Shown in pieces: positions 62,760 to 64,000 of a DNA stretch of 64,000 nt. The stretch is from Camelus dromedarius (taxonomy: Eukaryota), in the NCBI RefSeq assembly GCF_036321535.1, contig NC_087437.1, forward strand, positions 20,832,001 to 20,896,000. Reading direction: 5' to 3'. The translations under genes and the position numbers were made by a program. Under the pieces are notes generated by a model. The model saw only the letters and a program-made list of their open reading frames with translations. It was not told the origin of the DNA and did not search any database. Numbering within the stretch: position 1 is the stretch's first letter; each line of letters starts with the position of its first letter.

Positions 62760-63130
62760 GTCATCGTGATGCTCTCTTCACGACCGGGTCCCTGACCAGT
62801 TTCTCCCTCTCCATCTCCCATCCAGCCCTGCCCTTGCTGCTTGCAGCAGACATCCCCACCCCTTTGCCATTCCCCAAATGTGTCATTCCGCTTCCTGCCT
62901 CCTTGCCTTTGCTTGACCTCTCCCTGAAATAGAATGTCTTTTCCCCTCTTGGATTCCAAAGAAAGGCTCCCTATCTTTCAAGATTTGTCTCCACCTCTCC
63001 TTCCCTGACTCTCCTTCCCTAGGCTCAGTTGAAGGCTGCCTCCTCCAAAGCCCTGGGCACGCTCACTAGAGCGCATCCATCATCACAGAGGAGCTGTCTG
63101 TCTCCTCCATTGGACTGTGGGCTCCAGGAT
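62760..63130 (+). mobile_element. L2 LINE 3' fragment
   Basis: tgaaatagaatgtcttttccc...caccctcccttccctgactctcc...tgtctgtctcctccattggactgtgggctccagga. Confidence 0.65.
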
Positions 63131-64000
63131 GTTGCTGGAAGGGGAAAGAAAAAAGGATTAAACAAGGCCAAGGGAATGGGATGGTTTTTCTGCTTCTCTG
63201 AATGATTGTACCCACACTGCCTGATAGCTCATCAGATACTTGTTAAGAAAACAAAACTCTGCTTGGTTTTAATGAATGTGATGAAGTTGTAGTAGTAGTA
63301 ATGTGTAATACCATTAATTGAACCCTTGCTAGCTAAAGTCTCTACAGTCATTGCCTCATTTAACCATCAGAGTAATCATCTCAAGTATCATTCCCACTTT
63401 AGAGAATGAATTAAACAAAATATTATGAGGTTAGATACTGGAAAATGGCAGAGAATATGAAGTAGAATGCATAGATGATCACCTGAGCAGCAGTATGTCA
63501 ATGGTATGTAGGCTGATCAGGGAAAAACCAGTTTAATTGGGTAAAAATAGCTAATGATTTGTAGGTTTTTTTTTTTTTGAGTGGCAAATACACATTTGAC
63601 ACCAAATTTGGCATAAAACAAACACAGCCATTAAGCATATCAATCAGAAGATGTGATGGTGACTTACACTAACATTTGGAATCCCATAAATGTAGTCTTC
63701 CTTTTAAGTATGCTGGAAGGAGTTTGTGACCCAGAGTCACAAGATCAGGGGCGAAAACCCAGCTTGCCAATTATAAGCTGTGTGGTGGTGGGATTTTGGC
63801 TTAATTTTTTCCGAGCTTCAGCCTCTTCATCTTTGAAATGGAAATATTGTTTCACAGCCCACAGGGGTGTCATGAGAAAGAAGAGGAGACCCTGTGTATG
63901 AAAGTGATTTGTAAATGGTGTAGGGCTGAACAGGAAGAAGGTGAGGTGTTCTTGTCTTTGTTCTGTGTTTGGGTCCAGAAAGTTGGCGTTTGGGAAGAGT

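Noticed and set aside
1-64000. CRISPR arrays, operons, rRNA or other prokaryotic/viral systems
   Set aside because: The sequence is plainly mammalian. No regularly spaced repeat array, intact ERV genes or intact L1 ORFs were seen.

Overview
Mammalian non-coding genomic DNA. It is most likely camelid, judging by a tRNA-derived SINE of the alpaca/camel type with a 15-bp TSD and a camelid-style young L1 tail, and by the absence of Alu, Bov-tA, PRE1 or Can-SINE copies. I recognise no known protein-coding gene, and no bacterial-type feature (CRISPR, operon, rRNA, tRNA gene) is present. Most of the window is old repeat debris (MIR, L2, L1M, MaLR/ERV LTRs, MER DNA transposons). Four things stand out. 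(1) A CpG-island promoter at about 48.2-49.0 kb that looks bidirectional; its + strand transcript splices a Kozak ATG exon to a 105-nt exon to give a 47-aa small ORF. (2) A transposon-free island at about 32.1-39.85 kb, holding three N-masked blocks and a tidy pair of minus-strand exons, which probably belongs to a conserved lncRNA or miRNA-host locus. (3) A second, signal-responsive promoter or enhancer at about 18 kb (AP-1, CRE, KLF, YY1) with + strand exon candidates. (4) Small genome-repair and retroposition fossils: a locally templated 105-bp insertion inside an L1, and a truncated U6 retrocopy with TSDs. All repeat names come from memory of consensus sequences, not from a search. All transcript models are predictions from splice signals only.
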